Source: Perkinsus olseni
Taxonomy: Eukaryota
Direction: 5' to 3'
NCBI GenBank assembly: GCA_013115125.1
Contig: JABANN010000330.1
Location: 1-38,637, forward strand
Length of the DNA stretch: 38,637 nt
Positions 23,286-38,637 of this stretch are shown piece by piece. The notes below the pieces were generated by a model, which saw only the letters and a program-made list of their open reading frames with translations, was not told the DNA's origin and ran no database searches. The stretch's first letter is position 1; each line of letters begins with the position of its first letter. The translations under genes were made by a program, and so were the position numbers.

Positions 23286-24130
23286 ATGAGTGTCACTACA
23301 ACAACTACCCGATACACGGCCCCGACTTATCGAGGATATGTAGTTGGGGATGGTGAGGTAGATGGCGTCGATGTTCTCGTAACATTACGACAACCACTGG
23401 GGGAGGAGGCTTTTGAAGGTAATGGTAGTAAAGAGGGTTGCCCAATGCCGCTGTAGCATACAACGCTGGGCAGCTGGGATGCTCTGTTGTAGTTATAGAG
23501 TCGCACGACTATGGGTCCTTAGCTCAGCTCGAAGCGAATAGACGGCTCCGTCACCGTTGGTTTAACAACCTGGAAAACGGAATCCCAGGATTCGACCGAA
23601 TATATTCCTTTCTACTTGTGCCGCCCGTTGGCACGTACGCAGCCGAGGGAAGAGCTATCCTCAGCGGTTCCTAGACCGTACGTCTGGCTCCCTTCGGACG
23701 AAAGGTCTCATCACCTGTCTTCGTTTCGTACCGCACCATTCCCGATTCCCCCGTTTCTCTACTCATCCACACAGTTGCCTTCTACTACTACCATATAGGT
23801 CTGGAAGAGTGGTCCCAAGTATGGCTGTACTACCTCCCCCAAGGCTCAGGGACCACTGTAGACTATGAGGTACTATGGGCTACCTCTGCTCACCTTGCGG
23901 ATTATTATTCGATTCTACCTCTGGGAATGGCGGTGCGCCCTCGGAAGATCATCCGGGCTGCTGCCCATGATGCTGAGGCCACCTTCCTCACCATTCAGGT
24001 CATGGATATCCTTTCCGTCAAGGGCAGAGTGCTACACTTACGGCCGATAGAGGAGGGCTCCAGTGCAGTAGTCGACGGGCTGCGCATTATTGACATAAAG
24101 CCTTACCACGCTCTTGATGCTGTTCTGTAG
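23286..24130 (+). CDS. TsaA/TrmO (YaeB/AF0241)-like beta-barrel protein, divergent, multi-exon
   Basis: C-terminal ILSVKGRVLHL...VVDGLRIIDIKPY matches the family DGTPVLDIKPY motif. N-terminal GYVVG...VTLRQPLGEEAFE is compatible. Internal exons are unresolved. Confidence 0.6.
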
Positions 24131-24406
24131 TTTCTCGCTTAAACTGTGGAATTCTACCGCGTTGTTTCCGTCGGTCAATGGGCGGGGCTGCCAGCACCGA
24201 AGCACACTACCATCAATTGCGCCGGATAGCTGCTCAAGAGAACCTCACTGGTCTAGTGTGCCCTTCACGACGCACAGGATATAGCGCCCCCTGACTGACA
24301 GCAGCCACTGTATAACCTGCCTTATCGGCATCTCGAGGGTTCGTTGACCTCGGTGTCCGTGCTGAGGGTGGCCTCAGGATGTTCTAGTAGTTGCAGAAGT
24401 TTTGGT

Positions 24407-27024
24407 ATGGGTAGCAGAGCGCCTCCTACCAAACGGTCGAGATGCAGCGTTGGTCAGCAGGGCATGCGGACCCTCGATTCTTTCTTCGCCAAAAAGGAGG
24501 TACTAGTGATAATCCTGGTGGCTGTCGGGGGTTCACTGCGGATGCCTGTCACGCTACCGAGAACTCAACGCTACACCGCTTCCGAATTAGAGGGGGTTTC
24601 TTATTATCACTGCTCACGTTACACCCTGTAGGGGTGCGGTGTCCTGGTTCAGATGCGTGAGGGTGTGCTTTTTCAGACGGCCTCCCATGCCACGAGTAAT
24701 GTTGAAGCGATCGACATCGAGGCTAGTCAGAGTAGTAGTGGTCCCGATTCGAGACGCCCGAAGGCCTCTGAGCACCCCGCAGCGGGGGAGCTGGGCAGCG
24801 GTGGTCAAACCTTGAAGTAAGTAGGGGCCTATGCTGATTCGTGGGTACAACGTCGTTTTTCAACTTCTTCTGGAGAGCGTTGCATCACCATCACAACCGC
24901 CCATTGCAGGCCTAAGATCGCCCTCCGGCCGAAGTCATCGGCGTGTCGGCCGACATCCGACAGCCGTCAAGGGGGGCCCTTAGCTCAGCGGGCGAGGCCT
25001 ACCTCCTCGATAGACCTAGTGTACGAGGCTGGCTCTGAAAGGGAGGGGACGGGGAATTCTGTCGGAGGCGTGGCCACTATAATGAGAATAGTAGTCACCT
25101 ACCACTACTCCCTTCCCTCCAGTCAGCGTGCCAGATTAACTACTATGAAGCCCTTCCTTCAATTGGAGCAGATACTGCTTCTACGATCCAGCACCAGCCG
25201 GCCGTCCCGAGTACGACTCAGTCTCTCTCCTTCCTTCACGACGCTAGCCTTAGGTATGATACTCTGGGGTCCTCCTGGCTGTGGTAAGACCACCTTAGCT
25301 CAGCTCCTGTGCCGATCGTTAACCCGATCTGGTCTGCCGTGGCGGCACACTAAACTCAGTGCTGTCAACGCGGGAGTCAACGATGTGAGCTCAGAAAGGC
25401 GTCGTGACTGGCGAGTGCGTCAGCCCTACCCACTCAGGTGAAGAAGGTCGTCGAGGAAGCCACCAACGCTAGGAGGCTCTCCGGAGGGCGTAGGGCTTCG
25501 GCGGCCGGACGATGGTGGGATTTCATTATGGCAGGTACGTTGCTCTTCCTAGATGAAATCCACCGTTTCAATAAAGCCCAGCAGGACGCGCTCCTCCCTC
25601 ACGTCGAGAACGGCACCCTCACGCTCATCGGGGCGACCACGGAAAACCCGAGCTTCCAGTGCAACAGGTGCTGTGCTCGCCTGTCGCTGGTCATACCACT
25701 CCTCCCCCAACTCGTGGTCCGTCAGAGCTCTGGTGTCGCGGTGTCAAATAATTAAGATTCCACCGCTGAGCACCGGGTCTGTGGAGAAGATAGTAGGCAG
25801 TCTGAATAGGTTGGTCGATAATAATTTCTTTTCTAGTTACGAAGAGCACTGTCCAACTACTATCCGCAAGTAGCTGTGGACGGATCGACCGGTGAACTGT
25901 TGAAGACGTTGGCCGAATTTGGGATGGGCGACGTCAGAGCATCCCTGAATGCGCTCGAGCTTGCCTGCGATCTTGCCATGATGAGCCCTGGGGATGCGTC
26001 CCCCGTCATCACACTGCGACTGGAGCATGTCAAAGAGGTCAGCTCGTCGGGGGCGTGTGGACTATGTCGGTGTGGGGAGGGTAGTTGCAGAACGAAGCAT
26101 AAGTAGACTGGGCCCACGGGATGGAGTAGGTCGAGGAAATTGGATTTCAGAAAGAAAAGCTAGTACTGTGAAGCTTGTGAGCACACTGGTTTCAGGCGAT
26201 GGAGACATCTTCCTGTGGGAGGCATCGGCTGCTCGGCTACGATAAGAACGGCGACATCCACTACGATCTTGCCAGTGCCCTACAGAAGTCGATCCGAGGC
26301 TCCGATAAGGACGCTGCAGCGTAGCGGAACGTATCTTCCCTTCAACCCGAGCTTTCATACCTTAGGTATTGGACGACCAGGATGCTGCACGGTGGTGAGC
26401 CTCCTGAGTACGTATCCCGTCGGCTGATGAGAATCGCCTCCGAGGACGTTGGCCTGGCGGATCCACAATCATTGCAAGTAGCTGCGGCAGCTCACACTGC
26501 GACGATGGCCACGGGAATGCCTGAGTGTAGCGACCGAGCTCTTGTGATGAGGTCCTCTAGCGTCAGTTTCCAGGTTCCACTGCCTTGCTGCAGGCAGCCC
26601 TTTACCTCTGCGATGCCCCTAAGAGTAATGCTGTTTATGTAGCATACAAGAACGCAACTAAAGCAATCGAGAACGCCACTACGGACTCTGAGGTGCTCTG
26701 TTTGATTGGATTAGTACCGTAATTCCAACAACTCCTAGTGAGCAGGTACCGGTGCACCTACGCAACGCCCCTACAGGGTTGATGAGGGAGCTCGGCTACG
26801 GACGGGATTATGTTTATACCAATCAACCGCGGCCAACTCGAGCGGGCGAGATGGCGCCCAAACAGTCGTAGGTGGCTGCCTTCGTGGTCTCTGTGCATAC
26901 CTTGGTCAGGTATCTGCCATCGGGTCTCCACCGAGGTGACATCTTCCCAACTGCCTTCTACGATGCACGGCCCGGTCTGCCGTCCTCTTGTCCAACTTGT
27001 GGTACGCGGCTTATCGAGAAATGA
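24407..27024 (+). CDS. WRNIP1: WRNIP1/Mgs1/RarA-family AAA+ ATPase, multi-exon
   Basis: [126 protein letters not shown]. Confidence 0.95.
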
Positions 27025-27710
27025 CGACATTGTGGCTGCTTTGTGTTCTCTAGTGTGAACGGTTTTAATACGATCCGAAAAGATACGCGCCGATAAATCT
27101 GGTCATCTTCTCAACGACGGAACCCCACGACTGGAGTCGACCTGATTGCTTCGTCCGCTTCAGAGACAACGCGGTGACGATTTACTCAGCAGCCGAGCGT
27201 CCGATTATTCTTCCCAGCATCACTGGTCGTGTATTCGTAATGGCGTACACTTAGCTCACTGCCTTCAAGCTGCAGTAGCTTAGCTATGTGGAATGATCTT
27301 ATTACAACTGATGACGATCTGTGCAGCACCGGTGAGTGGAATTCCGAGGTGGAGGACTTCGCCCTCCGACAGAAAAGCCAAACAGTTCCATGGACTACGG
27401 CAGTTCAACATAAGCTGATTTTGTGTCTTCCTCAACAGCATACGGCAAATGTATCACACAAGCCTCGCCGCGAGTAATCAAGCTCGCTTCGCTCCAGCTC
27501 GCTTGGCCAGTCGGCTGCATCTATTCATCACAGCCATATTCTCATAGTCATATTCTCATTGACACTTGAGGTGTTGGATGTTGTTGTTCTTCAACGCTGA
27601 TAGACTGCCAACTCGACAATGACATCATCATCATCACCAGCGGTTTGAATACAACAGTAATTCACAGTGCTCATGAATGAATGGGATTGGTTTTCAATCC
27701 CATGGACTTC

Positions 27711-30466
27711 CTAAGAGAGGATCAGATAAGGGTGACCCCCTGGTGATACGTCATCATCCTTACAGTCGAAGTCCGTGGTTGTAAGCCCATGATAAGGCTC
27801 GGTCAAACGCCATTCTGTTGCCAAGCTGCTGTTCTCGGACGTACTCGCATGCCTACGATGATGGTCAGCTCCGACCTGTTTCGTATCTTTCACTCATCAA
27901 CCTACTTCGAGACTTTCAAGAGAAGGGAACAGGTGCGGATACCGATGACGGTTGGCTTCGGCAAACCTGTGGGGCACCACATTAGCAACAAGAAGACTTG
28001 GCGGCGAGTCGTACCACGGTATCCACGTCTTGAAGTCAATTCTACGCGTCCGTTCAACATCAGAAGAACAACACACTCGTATCTAGAAGGAACGTAGGTC
28101 TCATCCTTGCGCAACATAGTGAGCCCACTTACTCCACAAGCTTTCCAAACGTAACCCATTGAAGGGTTCCGCGCTAAAGCTAGGGCGGTATCTTTTGAAC
28201 ACTCACGACCTTCACAGGAAGGGACACTTAATGCGACGAGGCTCACCTTTGTCATCGCGGCTCCTTGGGAGCTTCCCTCCATCGGCGAAGGACAGCTGCT
28301 TCAAAAGGTCCCCTTCAACAGGAGTCTGATGATGAAGATAATCCAACTGGAAATACTTCAACCCTGTTGTTTCTCTCCTTACGAAATAGCTCGTATGCGC
28401 TCCAATGGCAGGCTCGTCGAGAGTCCACGCTCCAGCGTACCTGACTATCACCACTGCACGAGCGTTTTGCTATCTTCCCGAGCCCAGCCGAGTTTCGGCT
28501 GGTTTTACGTCTGGAGAGTCAATTGCAGTCAATTGCACGTTGAACCAGGTAGTCCCCCTGTTCAATAAGGTACTTCTGAGACCTATCGGACGACCCCAGT
28601 GTCAGAACTGCCTTGTGGGCTTCGAGGCGAAGAACACCCTGTCCGGCATGAATCAGCCTTGGCTGCTCGCAATAGGAAACCGTACGACGAAGAGCGTCGG
28701 AGCGGAAGCAGCTCCCGACAGGCCTTACCTGACGGGTTGAAGCAAATTTGTGTGGGGGTTTGTACGCATCGCCTTCCTGTCGAATATTTCGGGGTACTCC
28801 CCCAACTCGATGTCGGTTCCTGATTTATGCATCCACTACGACCATAACGAGTCCGGCTTACTAATCCAGGCGAAATTCTGGGAGACGAACCTCGCTTGGA
28901 GGACAACAGGGAACTGGGGGTCCTTGGGAGTGCAGTACTTGAAGGCAGCCACTTGCTCAGCCGTCGGCATCTACGACGATCAGCATGCTTCGGATCAGCA
29001 TCCCTCGGCGGCCGAAGCTCGGCCTACCTCGTCCAAGTCACCATGGATGAAGAGTACGGAGTCGTCGGGCTCCCCAAAGGCCTCTACGTACTTTTCAACA
29101 AGAATGGCCCGGGCAAACATCTCGAACCCGAATCTGAAATGATCTTACGATGATTGTCCGAAGGTTAACCTTCTGCTTTCTTCTCACGCCCCCTCGCCCT
29201 CGCCTATGAGCCGCTGGTATCGAGCTTCAGCGGAGTCATCGAGAACGTTGTACGCTATTTTGTGGCGGAAGCGTTCGAACCTACAAGGCTGTCGGATTGG
29301 TCGCAGCGGCGGCGACCTCTTCATGAAGGCCACCTCGGTGAGTTCAGGACGGTCCCCAACATTAATGGTTTACTCCACTTCTTCAACGTCTTTGCCGTCT
29401 CCACAATAACGAAGACCTACGAGATTGTCTATGGGACACACGACGGAGGAGCTCCCTACGTCAACGAGAGGGTCCAACTCGTACAAGCGCATCTCGAGCA
29501 CGTCGAACTCGTAGGCGAACAGGAGGAGGTCGACAATCTTCACAGGGGAAGGTCGGTCGCCGGACATGTATCTGCATCGTATCTAAGTACGCGTGGTCAG
29601 CTATCCTCGGCCTACCGATTCGCCTCGCAGTCCCATCTGATACGCCTGTCGGGAGGTCGGACGGTTGTCAGGAGATCTGACGGCGGATCTCGGGTTAGTG
29701 CCGATCGGAGGAGGTCCATATATCGAACGGCCCAAACCTGAAGGTGACAGTCGACACGCCACAGTCAGTAGGACGCACAGTGAAGTTGGCATGGTTCCGA
29801 TCAGCCAGGGCATGCCAGTCGAATGACGTCCCGGCCCGCCTCTCCATGTCCCCGAACTCGGGATTGGGTTCCCACTCTCCTGAGCAATCATTCTCCCGCC
29901 GGTGGCCACGTGTGGCCTACCCAGCCGGCGCAAATCAACTTGAGCTTCGTTCTCGTCTACTTGCCGAGATGCCTCCTCCAGTATGCTGGCGATGATGTCG
30001 TATTCCTGCGGGCTCTCTAAACAGCACACACACTGGACCGCTGTGGGCTACGTCAACCCACCTCTCGCTGCATCACCACTCTTCGGCTGATGAATCCTCG
30101 GCTTCTCTTTTCGAGTTCCGGCTTCTCTTTTCGCGACACTGAGCAAAAGCCACTACGGTCGCTGCAGGGTGGTAGCGCGCACGACTCACGCGGCCGGGGA
30201 GGCGCTCATGTGGTACACCTCTTCGCCGTAGACCAGCACGGACAGATTCATCATCTGTAATGTACCATGAGCAAGCGGCGACCGAGGCTGCTCAGATTCA
30301 CCCGCTCTCGGAGGAAGGCACGGTTGGCCGGATTCCCTCGAATGGAGCTCCACAGCAGGGACAGAACGCAGAGGGCAAACGCCATCAGGCACAGCTTCAG
30401 TAGTAGGGCCTTCAAAAACTGACCGAAAGAGGGTATGGCCAACGGCCAACCAGAAGGTCCCACCAT
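27711..30466 (-). CDS. Glycosyltransferase family 17 (MGAT3/GnT-III-like), paralog 1, multi-exon
   Basis: N-terminal TM (LLLKLCLMAFALCVLSLLW); KIVDLLLFAYEFDVLEMRLYELDPLVD, FVIVETAKTLKKWSKP, RFERFRHKI, FIHGDLDE, LLKQLSFADGG. Gene ends are tentative. Confidence 0.85.
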
Positions 30467-31248
30467 CGTGTTGCTTCTCGGCCGCTTCTCTCCTCGACTG
30501 CAGAGCTTTTCGCTGCCCCTTGCCGGGGCATAATCAACGGACATCCTCGCTGTGGGGGAGGGCATGTGGGAGGCACAACTCCTTCTGATCGAACCATGGC
30601 CGCAGGACTTCGACTGTTGAATTTTACATGCTCGGGCCAAGCGGCTCATGATTTGGTTTTGAGCTGCCCTTGTCAACGTACACTTCTCTGTCCTCTATCG
30701 GGTGAGTAAAGTTCTTCTTTCTCTCCATTCATCTAGTCGCAGCTGTTCGTCGTATTGGTCGACAGCACGGTGCTCTACCGGCAAGTGTTCGCGTTGGTAT
30801 GACTTTCCCCAACCACTCTATGTTACAACACAACCAATACCAAAACAAACGGGAAAATCTCCGCATGGAGCATGTCAACTTCTCCGGTAGTCAACACAGG
30901 CAGGGCAGCTGCAGTGGGCATCAGTCGATCCACACCAACCGCCTGAACGCGCTCACTGATGCGCCCGAGAGCAACGGTAAACCTACCGGGGCTGCAGCAG
31001 GGCGCGGACCCCTCTGGGTTGCACTGTGCAGGCCTGAGATAGTAGAGCCATAAGAACGTCGGGGAGAGCGGCCTAACCTTCTCCCGGCCGCGTCCGTCTG
31101 CTGAGGACCGCAGCGGAGATCGGTCCGCCAGCGCCGCTGGGTTGCCTCAGCAGCAGCTCTCGGCTCGGGCGCCTGGGACTTCGGAGATGCCGCGGGGCGA
31201 GATGGCTTCCTGACGATTTGTGATGCTCTTCAGCAGCTTGAAGTTCCC

Positions 31249-34113
31249 TCACAGTCTGATGCCGTTATTATACGCCCAAGCGAGCGCCTTGTCGAATTTA
31301 AGTCTGTTGGTCTGCTGTTGCTTCCGAATGTATTCACAAGCCTGCAGGAGCAACACAGCTCACAAGGGACGAGCCGCTCGGTGTCTCACAGCCAACCTCT
31401 CTCGAGACGGGAACATGTAGGGATAACGCTGCCGGTTGGCATCGGCGAACCTGATGAGAACTGTAGGCTGGCCACGCCCGCCATCTTCAACTAACCATGG
31501 GATCCAAGTATTGAAGCTGATCTTCTCCGTACGAGCGTCGGATGCATCATCCCAACAGCAGACTCTTATCTGACCGAAACCGAATGCGATTCGAAGTCAG
31601 AAGGTGAGCTCACCCCGCAGACCCTCCAAGCGTCGGCCATGGACGGGTTCTTAGCCAGAGCAACAGCGATATCTGATCAGCAGGACCGTGTGTGGCACAG
31701 TCAGCAGACCCCCACCTCTCCGTGCTTTGGTCGTCCTCGCTCCGTTCAATAATCCCACCGTCCGAGAAGGACAGTTGCTTCAACAGGTCGCTTTCTGGCG
31801 GCATCTGCGAGGCCCGGTGACACCACGCGTGCGGCATCCTTCATTCACTCACGAAGAAGCTCATGTGCGCTCCCGTAGTCGGATAGTCCATCGCCCAGTG
31901 TCCCTTGGTCCTGCAAAACTGAGTTCCTCCATCTCCTCTAACGACGGCAGGCCCACCGTGCCGGCAAGGCGGCGCCCGTGTTCGGATGCTTCTGCATGGA
32001 GCTCTTATCGAAGATATTGGGGAAAGTCAAGTCGGGCATGTCGGCTCCTGAAAGGGAGGTGGCATGAGAGCTACTAGCCTATGCCCGAGTGCGCTCACTC
32101 CTCCAGGCGAAGTTCATTGCGAGAAATCCGGTAGGTAGGGCCGCGGGGTATCGGGTGTCTTTGGGCGTGCAGTACTTTAAAGCTGCTATTTGTTCTGCAG
32201 CCGGCATCTGATCATACAGTGAGACTTAGGGGCACTTCGGATGGGCGGATTTGGGTTGTTTTTGGTGTTGGGACGATGCTAAGTGATCCCAGTCTATTAT
32301 AGCGGCCCTATGCCGTCCACTAGCATCGCCCGATTAGTTCAGCTGGATAGAATGTCTGCCTACGGAGCAGATGGTCGTAGGTTCGAATCCTGCATCGGGT
32401 AGCTATTTAACCCATTCAATCCCCTCCCAACTTGACCTCGTCCATATCCCCGTGAATGAATAGTGTTTTGTCATTAGGCTCTCCGAAAGCCTCGGCATAC
32501 TTCTCCAGCAGATACCCCCGGGTGAAGGTCTCCAATGCGTATCTAAACTCGAGGTAGCCTTCTCGAGTGGCCGAAGCAGCCAGCGTGATGATGGTACCAC
32601 CGCCTACCTGTCTTCCTTCCCTCCATTAACCCTCCTGAACCTCGCCTCAACAGCATCGTCCAGAACACCGTACACGATCTTGTCTCGGAAGGCTTCAAAC
32701 CTGCTGTTGGTGAGGCTGCCGTTGTCAAGCACCACCGCCCGGCCACCTCCGAGACTCGAGGGCAGCTCCCAACAGCAGCGACTTCGACCACTTCTTGAAC
32801 GCTCTCGTCGACTCGACGATAACGAAGACCTGCGCGCTGACCATTCCGTGCATCCTCAATGCAGCAGACGCACATCGACAACAGAGTGAAGCTCATGCAG
32901 TCGGATCTCCAAGATGTCAAGTTCGTACGCAAAGGGGACGAGGTCGACGATCCGGACTGGCGAGGGCCGCGTGCCCGTCATATACCTGGGGCGACATAAA
33001 GGCGGTAAAATCAAAGAGGAGCGGTACGGATTCTTCTGACAGTCCCATTCGAGCTTCCGCGATTGGGGCCTGTCCAGAACTGTCGCCTCCGCTGCGGGCT
33101 CCCGGGAAAGTAAGCGTTGGAGGTGTGTGACGTACCGCCGCACCCACACCTGGGAGGGGACGTGCAGGAGGGAGCCTCCGCGTCAGCTCACTTCGTTGTT
33201 CGGATGATGGCGGTTGACCAGGGCTAGCCAGTCAAACTCAAGACCGGCGATTTCTTCCATTCGGCCGTGGTCTGGGTTGATCTCCCACTCCCCTGCCATC
33301 GGTACAGCCGTTCGACATGATCACTCGTCGCGTCATCTCACCCAGCTCATTGAGATCGACTTGTGCAGCATCTATCCACATGAGATCTCCCTTATCGAGT
33401 ATGCTCTCCGCTGTCACTACGGGAGCTTTGGTGCCTTAGGGACGTGTCCGGCAGAATCAGCGCCACGTAGCCCCGGCCAACCTCTCTTCGCACAATCAGC
33501 CTTCTCGCCTTTGAGCTCCTCAATCGTCCCCTTAGCCTCCAGTAACTCCCGTCCCCTGGCGTCCAACGCCTCCTTCAACCCGATCTAAGTCGATCGCCTA
33601 CGACTACAAACCCGAACCCGGAGCTCCCCACTACCGCTTTCTCCTCCGCTTCCTTCCCGTCTGCCTTCAATGGAGCGGAGCGAAGTTTCTTCAGCACTAG
33701 CTCCAGCCGAGACAGTATCTATTCATACCGAGATCTCGGCCGTCTAGGCCGGCACTACGACAGCTTCCCTCACATCGTCGCCGTGGGGAACAACAGCTGC
33801 CCCCTGCAGGAACGCTCCTTCCTCATTGAGCGACGAAGCCCCTCTTATTGGTACCGAGAGAACGTACAGAGCCGGGAGGAGTACACACACCAGTACTATC
33901 ATCGATCGTAGCCTCGTCCACGACCAAGCGCCCTGAAGGAGGACCACTGCCGTTCCGTACTGGAGGTGGGAGTACCGTATCCCCTCGATGACCGGTCGAA
34001 TGGCGCTGAGTGGCGACCGTCTCCGCAGCCCCCGCGGCAGCGATCCGACCTCTCGTTGCTGACGAAGAAGCAGCCGCCCTACCTCTAGAAGATGACCTCA
34101 ATCCGAGAGGCAT
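31249..34113 (-). CDS. Glycosyltransferase family 17 (MGAT3-like), paralog 2, multi-exon
   Basis: TM segment MIVLVCVLLPALYVLSV; RIVDLVPFAYELDILEIRLHELHSVVD, FIHGDMDE, LLKQLSFSDGG. Shares intron positions with paralog 1. Start is uncertain (34113 or about 33902). Confidence 0.85.
32328..32401 (+). tRNA. tRNA-Arg(ACG)
   Basis: Full cloverleaf: GCCCGAT/ATCGGGT acceptor, GTTC/GAAT D stem, TCTGC-CTACGGA-GCAGA anticodon arm, GTAGG-TTCGAAT-CCTGC T arm. Confidence 0.96.
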
Positions 34114-34253
34114 TGCGACACTACCCGTTCCAAAGTACTCATAGACATTCACAAAAGCAACAGCAACGGGTGGTCTTACTGAGACAGGCGTAGGAGGAAC
34201 GGGTGGTGAATACGTATTGGTGATACAAGGTTACAACGTGGTTGGAAATATCG

Positions 34254-38225
<3,972 letters not shown>

Positions 38226-38637
38226 CAGAGCAAAAACCACACAACACCACTGCGATTCAGAAGGTCTCAGTCGCTGTGCTGTCTACCAATCTGTTGCCAA
38301 GCATTACAAGCCTGTAGGCCCATCGCCTGGAAACGTGCAACGGCCAACTCACGTGACGAGGCAAGAGAGTGTAGACCCGACCACACTGAGTAGTGAAGTC
38401 AAGAAGGCATTCAGGAATATAGTGCGAGCCTGTATCGGCTCATTGCTGATGCAGAGTGCACCACCGCGATGATCGAGGCGAATTCAGTGATGACTGATAC
38501 TGAGAAATCATAAGTGCGCAAGATGCTCAGATATTCTGTGTCGAAATTCGTCTCCATTGTGCGCCGAATACTATGTGTGGTAAAGTGCGCACACGAAGTG
38601 TTGGGGTTCTAGTGGATGTAAATCACACACAGTAGTC

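Noticed and set aside
29180-29200. Apparent in-frame TGA in GT17 paralog 1 (pseudogene or recoding)
   Set aside because: It falls in a GTGAGA donor, and a phase-compatible acceptor restores FGFEMFAR.

Overview
Gene-dense eukaryotic protist DNA with many short GT-AG introns. The style suggests Perkinsus (alveolate), which is an inference. The ORF track splits every gene, so I built gene models by hand. Main contents: (1) one multi-exon minus-strand gene (7069->346) that appears to fuse a PLP cysteine-desulfurase-like domain, carrying an inserted matrin/U1-type C2H2 zinc finger, to a bacterial-type TtcA tRNA C32 thiolase. This is a candidate self-contained tRNA thiolation enzyme and the most interesting item. 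(2) Two 285-nt SRP (7SL) RNA genes sharing an upstream element and bracketing two paralogous secreted-protein genes. (3) A BI-1/LFG membrane protein gene. (4) A truncated and an apparently intact TsaA/TrmO-like gene bracketing three paralogous secreted Cys-containing genes. (5) A WRNIP1/Mgs1 ATPase gene. (6) Two tandem GT17 (MGAT3-like) glycosyltransferase genes, one with an antisense tRNA-Arg(ACG) in an intron. (7) An NVL/Rix7 AAA ATPase gene with a 4x51-bp minisatellite in the intron that splits Walker A. Family assignments come from motif recognition, not database searches.
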